A stretch of 64,000 nucleotides of DNA from Squalus acanthias (lineage: Eukaryota): positions 38,254,001 through 38,318,000 of the forward strand of contig CM059446.1 of the NCBI GenBank assembly GCA_030390025.1, given 5' to 3'. Positions 1-13,598 of this stretch are shown here, piece by piece. The translations under genes were made by a program, and so were the position numbers. The notes beneath the pieces were generated by a model that was given only the letters and a program-made list of their open reading frames with translations, did not search any database and was not told where the DNA came from. Numbering within the stretch: the stretch's first letter is position 1; every line of letters begins with the position of its first letter.

Positions 1-59
1 TTTGAAAAAAAAAAATAAGGCTGTGGCATTATTTCATCTCCCAGCTGAAGTTCCATTTT

Positions 60-262
60 GTCCGCACGCATCAATTCCCTGAAAAGGTCGCTGGGTAGCA
101 ATCAGCTGCAGGAAGCCCGGCCGATTTGTACCATCCACAACCCAGGGGCACTGAAGTCAAGTGTAGTCCACCTGCTGCTGCTTCATTTAAGATCAGCTAA
201 CTCACACCACACCAGCCATTGACCCTGAGACCTTCTCGATCTGTATAACAAAACTACTCAGA
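60..262 (-). mobile_element. Ancient tRNA-derived SINE fragment (AmnSINE2-like)
   Basis: Reverse strand resembles the copies at 37830-38205 and 55235-55960 (shared blocks such as cccaggggcactga, gatcagctaactca, ctgagaccttc). Family name from recall. Confidence 0.5.
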
Positions 263-3200
263 GCCCACAGTTGTACACTTTTAAACGCAAAGCAATATTA
301 TGTACACTAAATAGATAGATGTGCACACAAATACTTCACCTTGAATATTGGCTTGTACAAATTCATGCCAAATATGTAACATTTCTTGATAAATGTTTTA
401 TAAGGAACCGCCAAAGTAAATACTCAAATGAATATATTGACCTTTTAATTAGATATAGGCATTACAAAATGATGGCCCTAAAATTATGCTACGCCATTTT
501 AACCTATGAGTCCTTAACATACTTGCATGAAATTCCTTTGCCTGCTATTGTGCCAGAGAGATTAACTCATTTATTTTATTTTAAATGGGTTAACACTTCC
601 ATCAACTAGCAGACAAAGGAATTCTATAACAAATGCAGTAAGTGTTCATATACTAATATTACACAGGCTAATTTCAAGGCCTGCATTTGTTCTGTTTTGT
701 TCAAAACATATTCAAGTTCCAGCAGTGTTTTAGGAGGAGACATTGCTTATCTGCCTTTTATTGCTAGTCTGGGCTTTCTTCAATTATCCAGGACGTATGA
801 GAGAAGATGGACTTTATAAAAAAAAATCTCTATACCTATAAATATGTAAACCATTTAAAACACATGGTTAGAATTTCATGTCATTTCCACAAAGCTTAAA
901 TATTCAAATACCTAACTCTGGAACTGAAGGTGCTGCAGATCTTTCTGCTACTGAAACGGATTTTCAGAGTTTCTCAGTGCTATCAATTAGACGTTATTAG
1001 AGCAAGTGGCAGACATAATTATTGAAAATTCACGTTACAAGCTGCATACATTTCTGATGAGCGGGAATTTATTTTGGTGAACCTTTTGGAAAACTAAGAT
1101 TTGCAGCTTTACTTCGCCCCTTGACTGCCTGTGGAAAAAAAATCCCATTCGTCTAGCTCGCAGTCAGTAACTGCTCCACCCTAGTAACAGTGCACAACCG
1201 GCACTTTAGGTAAATAATCCGTGTGTGTAGTTACTTCACAGTAAGCAAGAAAAGGAGGAAGCAGTTGAAAATACGTTTACAAATTCACCTTGGCAGTATT
1301 TCACACTATCAATAGGCTTGCTGTTGCAGTTTTAATTTGCTCTTTGTACTGAAGGGGCTTAGGTTAGTTAATTTCAATTTTTGATTTCAAAAGCTATCAA
1401 ATATTGCTCATATGAGAAATCAATTTTCTCAGTTGCCCTGTTTTTTGACAGCAGGGAGTTGCCATTGGTTATGAGGCGGTCACATGACAGTGCTGAAGAT
1501 TAGTTCAGTAGGTCTGTGTCACTGGCACCTCAATTACTGGCTGCCTCTTGTAATTTAGCTTTATAACACCTAATTCAGAGCCGAAACTCATATATAATTC
1601 ATGAAAGCTTCCACAAGAGTAATTGTGAAATAAATTGCCATAGAAAATATCCATTTGTGACTAAAATTTATATTTAGAATGTATGCAGCATTTGGCGTTT
1701 CTGCTGTGGTGTCTCCATGTATTGTAACAAACAAAAGAAGAATTTGAACGAGGAATGTTTCCCTGACCACCCTTACCCGATTGAAAAGATACTTTCACTA
1801 ACACTCATTACTGATTACCATTTAATTTTTTCTCTCTCTGAAGTTAACTAAAGAAAAAAACACTTTGTTTTTCTTCCCATTTTTTCTGTTGATTCCATCC
1901 TCTGTGTTGTTATGGCAACAAGGTAGGTGAGGCCTACTCAACTGACAACCTCAGCTGTCATCCTCACCTAAAAGCTTTGTAATTGCTCTCATTTGCATAT
2001 GACAATTAGCCAAGATAGCTCACAGCAAGAGATTGAACCTTTCTTGTTCAAAGTATATAAAACGCATGACTATTATTTTGAAAGATATGTTCCATGTGGT
2101 TATGCACTCAGACACAGCAATGGACCTTTTCATCTTATTCTCATGATAAACAAAAGGAAAAGCCTCATTCTCAGTGTAAGACATGTCTATCAGCTATGGA
2201 GTGAAAAACACAAAGTCTTCCCATTTTGTTCTCCTCATATAGACAAAAAATATATACCGGGTTCCACACAGTGGATTTTTTTGCAGACAGAGGGGGACAC
2301 TAATGAAAAGCTCTTGAACTAGTCAGATAGCGACAATGTTTTTGGGAAAAAAAAGTGTCACTGCCCCTCCAACTCTCATCTGAGAGCAGGAGAAATAGAT
2401 CTGTCATTCATCCGCCTTAGGTCCGTCACCGTGTGTCGAAGCTTTTCATTTTGACGGCTCAGCTCAGAATGCTCATGAAAGCAGAATCTGTGCTACTGCA
2501 CTTTCTCTTGCCCTCGGATTTTGGAAGTTTAATGAAACTCGGGTGGCTTAATAAAGGCTGGGGCTCACATGAGTAATCCAGACAGTTTCTTTGGAAAAAT
2601 TTGTATTTTTCTGTGTATTATTCTAATTACTTAGGCGGAATGAAGGGGCTTTATAGTAGTGGATAGACGCTGGAGCGATGAGGTATCCACGCATTGACGC
2701 TACCCCAAGATTAGCCGGTGCCTCCCTCAATGAAAGTGTATTGCTCATATTTCCTTGAGTAAATATCCATACACATATTGCAATTTGCACCTATACAGCT
2801 GCATCTGCAATCTGTGACTTTTGTCCATGAGGGAAATAAACATTTCTTGCAATGTAGGAAATGAGATTGCAAGCTGTCTGAATTCTATTAATACCATTTG
2901 AAGAAGAAGTGTGATTATTTGATTTACTGGGTTGGGGGCGGTGGGGGTGGGGGGGCGGATTAACAACAGCTGCAATAAATATAATAAAGTAAAAAGTTTA
3001 CTGATTGTAAATGATACTTTGTTGCGATCTAATAATTCCATACACATTCTGCTCATTAGGCCAAATACAGCAGGAACAGGACTGAGACCTGCTGTGTGCT
3101 GTTTTTAAGTTCTTACAGAACTGTAAATACCAGTTTGCTTTCACTACCCAGAATTAAAGTAATGCAACACAATGTCGACAACATGCCTTCTAAGGATAAT

Positions 3201-6200
3201 TTTCTGCAAATTTGAAGTTGGACGCTGATACAAATCTCAGTTTTGACCGGGCCGAGTTCTGCATGGTTCGGCCTTGAATAAAGCCTAAGTATTCTTTAGA
3301 AATGGCTGAATTTACAGTTGACAGTTTGGAAAGAGAGCCAAGCCTGCTTTTTCACTTGACCATTGATTTCTACCAGCAAAGAGTGGTTCAGTTCTGGCTC
3401 TGAGTTTAGTGGGTTTAGCTTCTGATTCAACCAAAATAAATATGAGAATCAAGAACAGTTTGCTCTTCTCTGATTTATTTTTTTATTATTGAAGAAATAA
3501 CAGTACCTTTTTTTATTACATTAAAAAAATATATATATTAGCCGTACCAGTAAACAACAGCAAACAGTAACTAAATTATATTTAAAGCAACTTTCTTTTC
3601 CAAAATAATAAATGGCATTCATATTTTATGTTATCAGCTTTTTAACTCTAGTTTCACTGAATCAAATAATTAACATCATGTTGCCTCTCCATTCAATCCA
3701 GGCTATTACCTGAATGTAACACTGGTACTATGGAATAGAAGAGACTTATTTGGTTCTAAACATTATGTCCGTATTGTTATTACACAACATTTACAATGGA
3801 CTAGACGTTATTATGCAGTGAGGTTTCAATTGACCGAATAACGAAAAAGCACCTCATCTTCTCAGTTGTATCTATGAATAATTAAAAACCCTAATGTACT
3901 CAGGTCATTTGGGTTCATAGTGGAGTCTTAGCACAGTCGAAAACATCTCTCCTCATAGTGTACTTTTTTTTCTGCAATTTAAAATTCGGTGCCAGGTTCT
4001 GGGAAGAGCTAGGACTTGGCACAGGTTTTACTGTAATTTGCAATCTGCAGCGTATGCTAGCTGAGACCCTTTCCTTCAGCTTGCTTGGTAGAGTCAATAG
4101 GGGGCATCCCTCATCTGTCATAGAGAAAAAATAGCTGAATTCTAATTAGCATTCTATTTGTCAGCGGTAAGGTTGCTGTCGTTAGATTCTGGATCTCATT
4201 GTTTCAGATAGATTGCCAGCTATTTTTTTTTTCTTACCCCTGGCATGAGAGAACTGGTGCCTTATTTTATTACCAAAAGACTTAGGCTGAGGGAATGCTG
4301 GTGGAATGTGAGTCCTGTGTTTAAAAATGCCAACCGAGCTTTTTAGTTCCTGCTTTCATCTTGGCACTGTTGCCAAGGGCTGGCAGGGCTTCTATGCTCC
4401 TTGTGACTCAATGGAGTGCAACTGAAAAACTCAGGGATGCTTCAAATACTTAAACCAGGCTTTGGATCCTGACCAGAAAGGATCACGCTATGCGTCAATG
4501 GGGAGACCACAAAAATGAACCTCAATGCTTGCTTTTAATGTTTTTTTTCTCGAGTGTTAGAAACAAAACTGAATATAATGGTAGACTGCAAAATTACAAA
4601 TGTTTCAGATAAAGTCTTAGACAGTTTGCGAATTGCACATTTTACAACATGTTTTGAAAAGATTGGAAGATATTATATGGTACACCTACACATGAAAGGT
4701 GACATTATCTTACTTAAAATGACAATATTAGCTTTCATTAAGAGTATTCAAAGGAACATTGCTAGTACCAGACTTACAATATTTTTGCTTCATATCATTA
4801 AACCGCCATGCTAAATACATTTCATGTTTTCATAATATACTTTAAGGATTCTGTGTTCTCTGCCTCAATCTTAATTAATTAATATTCAGGAATAAGATGC
4901 TTATCTGAGTAACTATATCACCTATAATGACTAGTACACGCAAACAATATGTTGAAACTGCAAATATATACATCATTAAAAATCAAACATATTTGACATT
5001 ACAGCACTTGAATTATAATTTTAAAAAGGCAGATGCTTTGGAATACATAAGCAGCAATATGTAAGAAAATATGATTCTTGTGCCCTTTTATGATACAATA
5101 GTGTGAAATTACTCTGTTTTTTTAAAAGAGTGATTTCAAAAGCTGGAATTTGTGCAGTTTTTACATTTAAAATTCAATAAAAGACGTTAATAAATTAACA
5201 CATTTCAGCACTAGTTGTTTAAAAGTGGCACAAATCTCAATACAAGAAGTGACAGTTTAGATAGGCTTGCTTATCCCTGTACATACATGGACACAGAAGG
5301 GGAATTTAATGTAACTGTACAAAAAAAAAGCCTTGTGATTTATTAACTGTCTGGACAGTTGACTGCTGATGTGAAATTTACTGGTAATTTATCTCGTCTG
5401 AACAAGGTTTACGTTTTTGTTAGCATGATAGATCTGAAGAAATTCATAAATTGTAGTCAGCTTTGGCTTTTGTCAGTGTGAACTGTTTAAGGGCTAATGT
5501 CAATTAAAGTTTCAAACTGACACACAAACAGGTTTTATCACTCTGTCACATCCATCGACAAAGAACAGTGGAATGGAAGAAACCTACAGACCCTTTCCTA
5601 ATAGTCTCCGAACTTACCATTTTATTAGATTTTTTCATTTGGTGCAGGAATGTAGCTGTGGTCCTCAAAGGGTAAGAAAAAAAAATGGTTCCTCACAAAC
5701 TAAAATTCATTGGTATCTAAAGGTGAGAATACCAAGTAGGTTGAATATATTTCGGAGACAAATGTTTTTGCATAATGAATGCATACTTTGCTAGATAGTT
5801 CTGTATTTTCATGTCATTTGAGAATTCCATTTCCTATCTGTGAAGAGAGCCAGATGGCATTGAAATGGAATGACCTGTGAGATCGTAACCGCTACCAGCG
5901 GAAGCCTCCACTAATCCACAGTCTCCGTTTTGTTGAACTTTCCCCACATTCGCTGTCGCCTCCTCATTTTGCCCCTTGTCGGTGGTTCCCTAGAGCAGGG
6001 GAGCTGCACCAAGCATCTCTGCTGCCCTCTTTTCACCTTCTGAAAAATTAAGTCAGAATGAAAAGCAGGAGGGGAAGAAAAAACAATTACCTTAAGAGAA
6101 TATCTGCCTTTATTAAACTGCTTTCCATGTTATTGATTTTGTTTGGGGCCAAGGAAAATAATTAGACCTTGAGCTCTAATAGAATGCAGAATGCAATTTC

Positions 6201-9200
6201 ACCTATTACCCAAAAGTTATTATACAATGGCCTTTTTAATTACAGTTGCTGTTTTATCAATAATTAGCGTAATGTAGACAGATCTGGTTGTGGGAAATTT
6301 TTAATATTCCATATAATTTATTGACTGCTACTTTGCTGTTTGTTCCGACCTCTGCTTGTCACATTAAAGTTTACTGAAAGTTTTAACTCAGTGTTACAAG
6401 TTATAACTTTATTTATTCAGTGCAAAGGAAAGTAAATGAATGACGTGTGAAGATTACTTTCAAAATAATTGGCAAAACATAGAGAAGGCTGGATTATTCC
6501 TAACTCCCAGATTATCAGAGAATGCTGCTTCTGAACTATTCAATTAATTATTCTTTACTTGGATCACCATCTTCGTTGACATTTATAACGCTAAAATTTT
6601 AATAATATGTCCTTTAAAAAGGTTCAGTCCTGCATTAAAAATGAAAACATAATCAAATATGATCAAATTCAGATTCTGTATCTATAGTCGATCACTTTTT
6701 AAGAAGTACATTTCAGCCAATATAAATATCTGCTAATAGTTTAGCAAGAAATATCTTGCATACGATGTTTTCACTTTATCCTGCATTATAACACTTGTGG
6801 CTTGCCAAGTGTGGAAATTAAAATTATCTTTCACAGAAGTGACGTTGTCACCTGCATAACTGCCACTATTTCCCCATGAGACCACCTCTGCACTCTGCCC
6901 CAAAAGTCATTGTTTTTTTAAATGCACTTCCACCTGTACACCACCACTGCCATTTCCAAGGTTGCTCCAACCTCCGCTTCACTCCATGCCCTGATGAAAG
7001 CATTAAAAAAAATTAGAAAGTAATCCTTTCCCTTAAGACTGAAAATCTCAAATCCATATATCACAATAAGAACTACTATAAATTGTTTTAATACTTTAAA
7101 AATGCATTTATGTGTATTTTAAAATCATTCTCCTTCCTCAACTTCAACACCAGGTCCACACGAGTTATCATTGAGCTCTTTGCAGATAACTCTGTATCTT
7201 CCCAGCCCGAAACTAAAATGGGAATTGTATTATTTTTAAATCGGACAAATAAAAAGTGTTGCATTAAATCATTATCGTAAGCAGCTATGGCATTTTGGAT
7301 TTTATTTCCTCTTGTGAGGTTGGCATTAACTCAATCACATCTTTATTCTGAGTTAACCAGACAACTGAGCTCTAAATACAATTCCCCGCTGATACGCCAT
7401 CAATAGACATTTGAAAATGTATCAAATATTGTTTTCAGACTCCGGTTGTTCCACAAAATGATTTTTTTAAATCCAGATATATAAGCAGTTAACTCTTGGA
7501 AAGAAATAGTGTTAAAATTCATAGTAATTTAGTGATAGCAGTCTCCTGTTTCAAATGAGAATGAAAGGATTTTTTTTTTTAGATGCCAGTCCCAACACTT
7601 TTGTGCCTATTATTATTTTTTAGACAAATGATGTTTGCCTCATATTATCAAACGTTTGTCTTGTGCGCCTGCACGGGTTTAAAGCTGAGGGAGTGACAAT
7701 GCTGAAGCAACTAATTAGGACCTTTTCAAAAGGTTTGTGGACCAATAACTTTCATCTCTGTGCCATTTTGTTACAATGCAGGGATGGGGAATTATTCGGG
7801 GAAAAAAAAAACACAGGGCGTTAACCCCTGATGGTGAAGTGGCCATCTGGGGAGGTATTTTTTTTATTTATTTTTATTTGTTAAAGGCAAATTGCAGAGC
7901 CCATGCTCTTGCACAGTAATTCCGATTTCCCTGGTGCTAGTAGGAGTGACACAAATGGTGGCCCCATCATTACCACCTCATTTAAATATTAATGTGCTGT
8001 CTACTTGCGGCTATTTCCAAATTGATGCAATGGTGCTGAAAATAGCAAGTGTATGAGGTACAGGAAAGTGCAAATCATGCTTGTCCAGCATCGGCTTATT
8101 TATTTCTTTTTTAGGTGGTGGGGGGGAAGGAAATGTGTCCTAAAATTGTTAATATTTACCTATGTTGAACAAACTCCTTTTGCCTGGAGCTTTTTTCCCC
8201 CCCCTACGTTGACTCTGTGAAAACTGTGAGAAGCATTGAGGGTCTGAAGGAGATTCATTACCTTGCTCCTCTTTATTGTGTCCAGTTTGGGTTCCAACAA
8301 AGGCCAACACTCCAATCTGCCCTCCTTGTGTGTGGTGAGTTAACCAGGAGGCATGACAAGGCACCCACTCAACAAAAACTTATCCGGCAAAAGCTCTGAC
8401 AAAGGGCCTCTGGATTGTCTCATGCCCAACTTTTTAGGGTGATGTTCTTTGTAATATTAAGCTAATTAATAGAGCAGTATTGTCCTCGGAGCTATGGAAC
8501 AATATACAGCTCTGCTTCCCTTGTTCTTCCTGTTGAATGTATATGAACAGCCACAGCAAAGCCACATTGAGAAGGAGATTGGCATTACAGAACATTTGCC
8601 ATCGTGCTATGCAAAGCACGAGCAGTGTGTTTAAATTATGACAGCCTTCAAAAGAATTTTATGAAAGAAAGTGCTCATTTCTATAGCTTTATGATTATGT
8701 AGACGACATTCCTTTAAATAGGGAAAAGCTAAATTTCAGACCAGTGCTTAAAAAAAAATATCCTCAGGGGTCAGAAACCTCCCACATACTAAAAACGAAA
8801 TGAGTGTGCTTATCCATGAGGGAAGAGTGGAAACAAACTTTAACCTGAGCTTCAGGACAATAAACTGCACAGATTAAACCACCTTCTCAATTAACACCTC
8901 TCATGAAAATCCCTATGGGGTCAACGTTCTCTCCTGCGACATTGCCTACCTGTCTCGATTGCCTGAACACATGCCTTCGCTGAGTCCAGACGTAATACTG
9001 TCTTCATGCCAGGACTCTGTGACTCACAACAGATTATGTCCGTGTGCAAGAGAGATATGATAAGAGCTGCTGATGAGGGTCTGAGGTTAATATTTAAATG
9101 TGGCTGGGTATTGTGCTGGACAGTCATTCCTTTTACTTTCAATTAAACTGATAAACAAATTATTTTTTTTTGGACACCAATCTATTTAGTTCCAAAGCGT

Positions 9201-11434
9201 CCCAAACTTTCTTTTTTTGTACATTTGTTTCTTTGTAACACTCGATAACACTCCTAAATGGAATGAGTAAGACAGCTGATGTGCAAACCACACACTATCA
9301 ATCCACAGAAAGAAACTAATTTTTCAATTATCCAGCAGCAGTATTGCTGTATCCTGCTGTGAGATAAGACAAGGTTAGCAATTTTCAGTTTAATGATGGG
9401 ATACCATTATTAAAGCAATGTTCCCGGTGAAGTGTTGTTTATTTTTCTAGCATTCATGATGATAATTATACCTATTATAATTTGTGAAGTTATTATGTGT
9501 GTAGAACATCGCTACGCTGCCCCATTTCATATTAATACTTCAAGCAGGTATGTTTAATTCAGCAGAGAGAGACAAAAGAAAATCAGTGTTTGAACTCTCA
9601 GAAAAGTAAGTTTTTAAAAATTGGAAATTCTTTCAACCAGCAAACAATACTCAGTAGATTAGTGTGTTATATTATCTTGGACAGATATGTATTTGCAAAG
9701 TCTATACTTCATGCAACAAATATTTTAGCATGAATGCATTTCCTTCACACATCTGTTTTCTATTGTTCAACCATTCCACACCATCTATTCGCCCTGAATT
9801 AGTTGGTTTTGTCCTTACGTGTCCTGTAATAAATAGGATCAAATCAATGCAGCTGATTTATCAATACAGGTTACAGATCATTGGATCTTAAGCAATTAAA
9901 TGATCATTGGAGAATAACATCTTGTTTGAAATCTTGCGCAAATTACACACAGAGTTTTGATTTTCTTCCGACGTGTCACCGTAGTGATGGAGGGTTTTGT
10001 GTCACCTTTACATTTTGAGAGGTCAGAGGTTGCTTTCATATTTGACACGTACATCTCTGACATAAAGTCATAGGACTCCACACTTGTGATTTAATTGGTG
10101 CCACAGCAGTATTAACTGGATGTGCTATTGTTGTAGTTTGTTGCTTTGGGCATTTAAAGACAATAAAATAAAGCAACTATCCTTAAGATATCATAGTTTA
10201 ATTCCATTGTGCCATCAGATATAACTAACTTAACCTAATGCTTGGTCAAGTAAACTCAAAGTGAATTCCATGCATAGCATAATATGTATTTCTTGAGGAA
10301 CTGATGGAGAAATTTAAAGAGACATCATGCCACTAAAATAATTCTATTTTAATTGCGAAAATATTATGTAGTCAAAGGCATCAAATAATATTATTGGCAT
10401 GATCAAAGTAAAGAAAAAGCTTACAAGAGTTTCTAGACCCCATAGTGTAATGCCAGTTCATTTATTGCTGCATTATTGAATGTAGAGTGGTTTATGCATA
10501 TCAATTTATCAAGAAATCAATTTTAGAAAGTGTACACAATAACAAATACAGCATGCAATATCTAACTGAATGATGCCATTAGCTTTATTATGAACAGTTG
10601 TTGAAACTGGTGACAGTTAAAGAGAAGACTCTGCAGTATGGTACAAGGAAGTGACACTTCGAAGGGTCCAGTTGATGCTTTGAACCAAGAGAGTGAGGCT
10701 GGAATGGTTAATGAACATCATTTCAACTTCAAGGTGTGGTACTGCTATGGGATGAATTTGAGACCATCATTCATAAATAATTAAATATATTTTACAGTTT
10801 GCCTTCTCATTTTTTTTTGTTTATAATTTTCTCATTCCAATTTTTTTTGGCCACCGGGCATGTCGCATCGCACAGTGATGATTGACAGGGGCTCCTGCAA
10901 TCAATTCATATGATTTGACAAGCCTTGAGTTCAGGATTTATTTATCTGAAATGAAATCAGAGAATATTATAGCTTGGATATATTAGAATATTAAAATGTA
11001 GCAATTCCCAGGAATCAACAGCAGAATCTTTTTCAATAAACTCGTGCAATTGTTAATTCTCTGATTGCATAGCACCAACTGAGAACATGGATCACACGGA
11101 CAGTCACTCTTCACACTGCCGGAACAAAAAACTCACCAAAATCAAAAGAAATATACACAGAGAACTAAACAGTGCAATACCATTTGAAAAACTCTTTTGC
11201 TTTTGTTTGTGTAGTCACACTCCTTAAGTTTGAAATGAAGCATTGGCACTTCCAGTGTCAAAGCTTAAAAGTTGCAAATATGCGACATATAATTAGGTGC
11301 CTTGGCTCAGTGGTAGAACTCTTGCTTCTGAGTCATGAAGTCATGAGATCACCCCTACACTAGTGACTTGAGCACATAATCTAGGCTGACACTTCATTGT
11401 CCTACTGAGGGAGTGCTGCACTGTCTGAGGTACC

Positions 11435-12279
11435 GGCCAGAATTTTGGAGGCGGGACCGTTGTCAAAATGGCAACGATTGACAGCGGGCAGGAAACCCGC
11501 TGTCAACCCACCTCCAATCAATCTTCCCAAGTGTCAAGTCCCCGATTTGCTCATGGACCCGACACCTAGTGGCGGGAAGAGGATTATAGGCACTTAGCTG
11601 GCTGTTATCAGGTACTTGATACTTGTTAACAGGCTCTTTTTTATTTTACCGCTTCTGCCTCGGGTTCCCCAACATCTTGACACCACGCCAGGTGAGTGTG
11701 GTGTGTTGTGAGTCTGCTGTAATGTTTCTGCATTGGTGCAGAAGTGGTGTGAAGGATCCAATGGTGCACTGGTGAGTTTCAGAGGTAAGGAAATGTTGGG
11801 AAAATCATTTTTAATGCATTTACACTTTTCTGTAGGTAACAAGTTTTGAATTCACTGTCTGGTGCCACCTCATTGGGAAAACCTCTCTCACCAGTGACAG
11901 ATCGCTTCTGTAACCTCACCTGCAGCTGCCATCTGTTCTAGCCTAAGGAGAGAGTCACTGGAGAGCCTGGGTGCAAGAGCTCACCTGTGAACAGTCATTG
12001 ACAGTGTTTGCAGCACCTCAATGCTGTCAAACACTGAGAAATGAGCTGTCAAAGAAAAATTGTGCGTGGTCCCTTTAAGAAAACCGGCAGATGATGCGTC
12101 ATCAAATGACGTCATCTGACCGGCTTCCTCTTAATTGGCCGGCAAGACCGCAGGGCAGGCTTAACAAGGCCAATCGATGTAAAATCGCGTCCGCTGGCCG
12201 GATGCAGTTGGGGGCGGGACTGGAACCCGGAAACCAGCTGACCCGCTCCCAAGCCGCATCCATTTGCAAAATCGCAGCC
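11435..12279. mobile_element. Non-autonomous PIF/Harbinger-type MITE
   Basis: 3-bp TSD acc (11432-11434 and 12280-12282); imperfect TIR ggccagaattttg / caaaatcgcagcc. Removing it restores the SINE sequence. Confidence 0.8.
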
Positions 12280-12461
12280 ACCGTCTTTTGGATTAGACAT
12301 TAAACCAAGGCCCCATCTGCCCTCTCAAGTGAATCCAAAAGATCCCATGGTGCTATTTGAAAAAGAGCAGGGTGTTCTCTTTGAACTATCAATCCCTCGA
12401 CCAACATCGGCAAAACAAATTATCTGGTCATTAATCTAATTGCTGTTTGTTGAGTCTTGTC

Positions 12462-12570
12462 GGGGTGAAATTAGTCTTCAGGAGCCCATCTTATACCCTG
12501 CCCAATTTTCTTTACCATTGAAGGGGCTGCCGATTTACTGGCACCCATTTTGCGCTATCACCAAAGACTC
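12462..12570. mobile_element. Short MITE fragment inside the SINE
   Basis: Starts ggggtgaaatt and contains cacccattttgcg, like the hairpin MITE at 48952-49137; interrupts the SINE body. Confidence 0.55.
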
Positions 12571-13139
12571 CTGTTGAGCGTAAATTGGCTGACATGTTTT
12601 CCTATATTACAACAGTAATTACACTTCAAAAATATTTCATTGGCTGTGAAGCGTTTTGTGATGTGCTGAGGTCATGATACTGCTTCGGAGTGTTATAAGC
12701 AAGGTGATTGGTGAAGCAATCTACAGTTTTAGTTTTTGTACAAATTATAATACAGCTAACTTATTAACATGCATTTCCCTAAGTATACATGGGAGACTTA
12801 ATCAGTGATGCATTGGCAAACTTGTAGCATTCAGCATCAAAGGGAAATTTGATTATGTATGCTATCAAAGTTTGAAGGTTAAGTGATATGAGTCTGGAAA
12901 CTTGCTGTTAGTGTTAAGCTTGACGCCTCCTGTACTGGAGCGTTATTGATCTGTAATTTTGTAAGTGCCGTTTAGCCTACATTGACTGTCATTTTTCCAA
13001 ATGCAGAGTTGGGAACTGTGCAGAACTGTTCTTGCTGCGTGGGCTGCAGTGACCTGTACTGTTTCTTGCAAGGTGAGCTGCTGTTTACTTCAGTTCAGAT
13101 TCCAGGTTTTGCATACTGGTGTCAGCCATGGCTATGGTT

Positions 13140-13595
13140 TCAGCCGCGGCTCAGTGGGCAGCACTCTCACCTCGGAGTCAAAAGGTTGTGGGTTCACAGT
13201 CGCACTCCAGAGACTGGAGCACAAAAATCTAAGCTGACACTTCCCATGCAGGACTTGCAGGTGTCGTCTTTTGGGTGCGACGTTAAACCGAGGCCCCGTC
13301 TGCCCTCTTAGCTGGATTTAAATAACCCCATGGCACTATTTTGAAGAAAAGCGGGAGATTTCTCCATGGTGTCCTGGCCAATAGTTATCCCTCAACCAAC
13401 ATCACTAAAAATACTGGATTATCTGGTAATTATCATATTGCTGTTTGTGGGACCTTGCTGTGCGCAAATTGGCTGCTGCGTTTCCTACATTACAACAGTG
13501 ACTACAGTTCAAAAGTACTTCATTGGCTGTACAGCACTTTGGGACGTCCTGAGATTGTAAAAGGTGCTATATAAACGCAAATCTTTCTTTCTTTT
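13140..13595 (+). mobile_element. DeuSINE/SacSINE1-like SINE, near full length
   Basis: cagccgcggctcagtgggcagcac head, gggttcacagtc B-box-like motif, tail aaaggtgctatataaacgcaaatctttctttc. Confidence 0.92.
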
Positions 13596-13598
13596 ACT

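Larger units (their letters stand above)
11297..12680 (+). mobile_element. DeuSINE/SacSINE1-like SINE split by two nested insertions
   Basis: tRNA-like head tggctcagtggtag; body ctaggctgacac...gagggagtgctgcactgt resumes at 12280 (accgtcttttggat...aaagatcccatgg) and at about 12571; L2-like tail cattggctgtgaagcg. Colinear with the intact copies at 35955 and 58971. Confidence 0.9.

Noticed and set aside
2929-2958. G-quadruplex-like G-runs (also about 27873-27900 and 62108-62136)
   Set aside because: Short low-complexity G tracts are common and have no supporting context.
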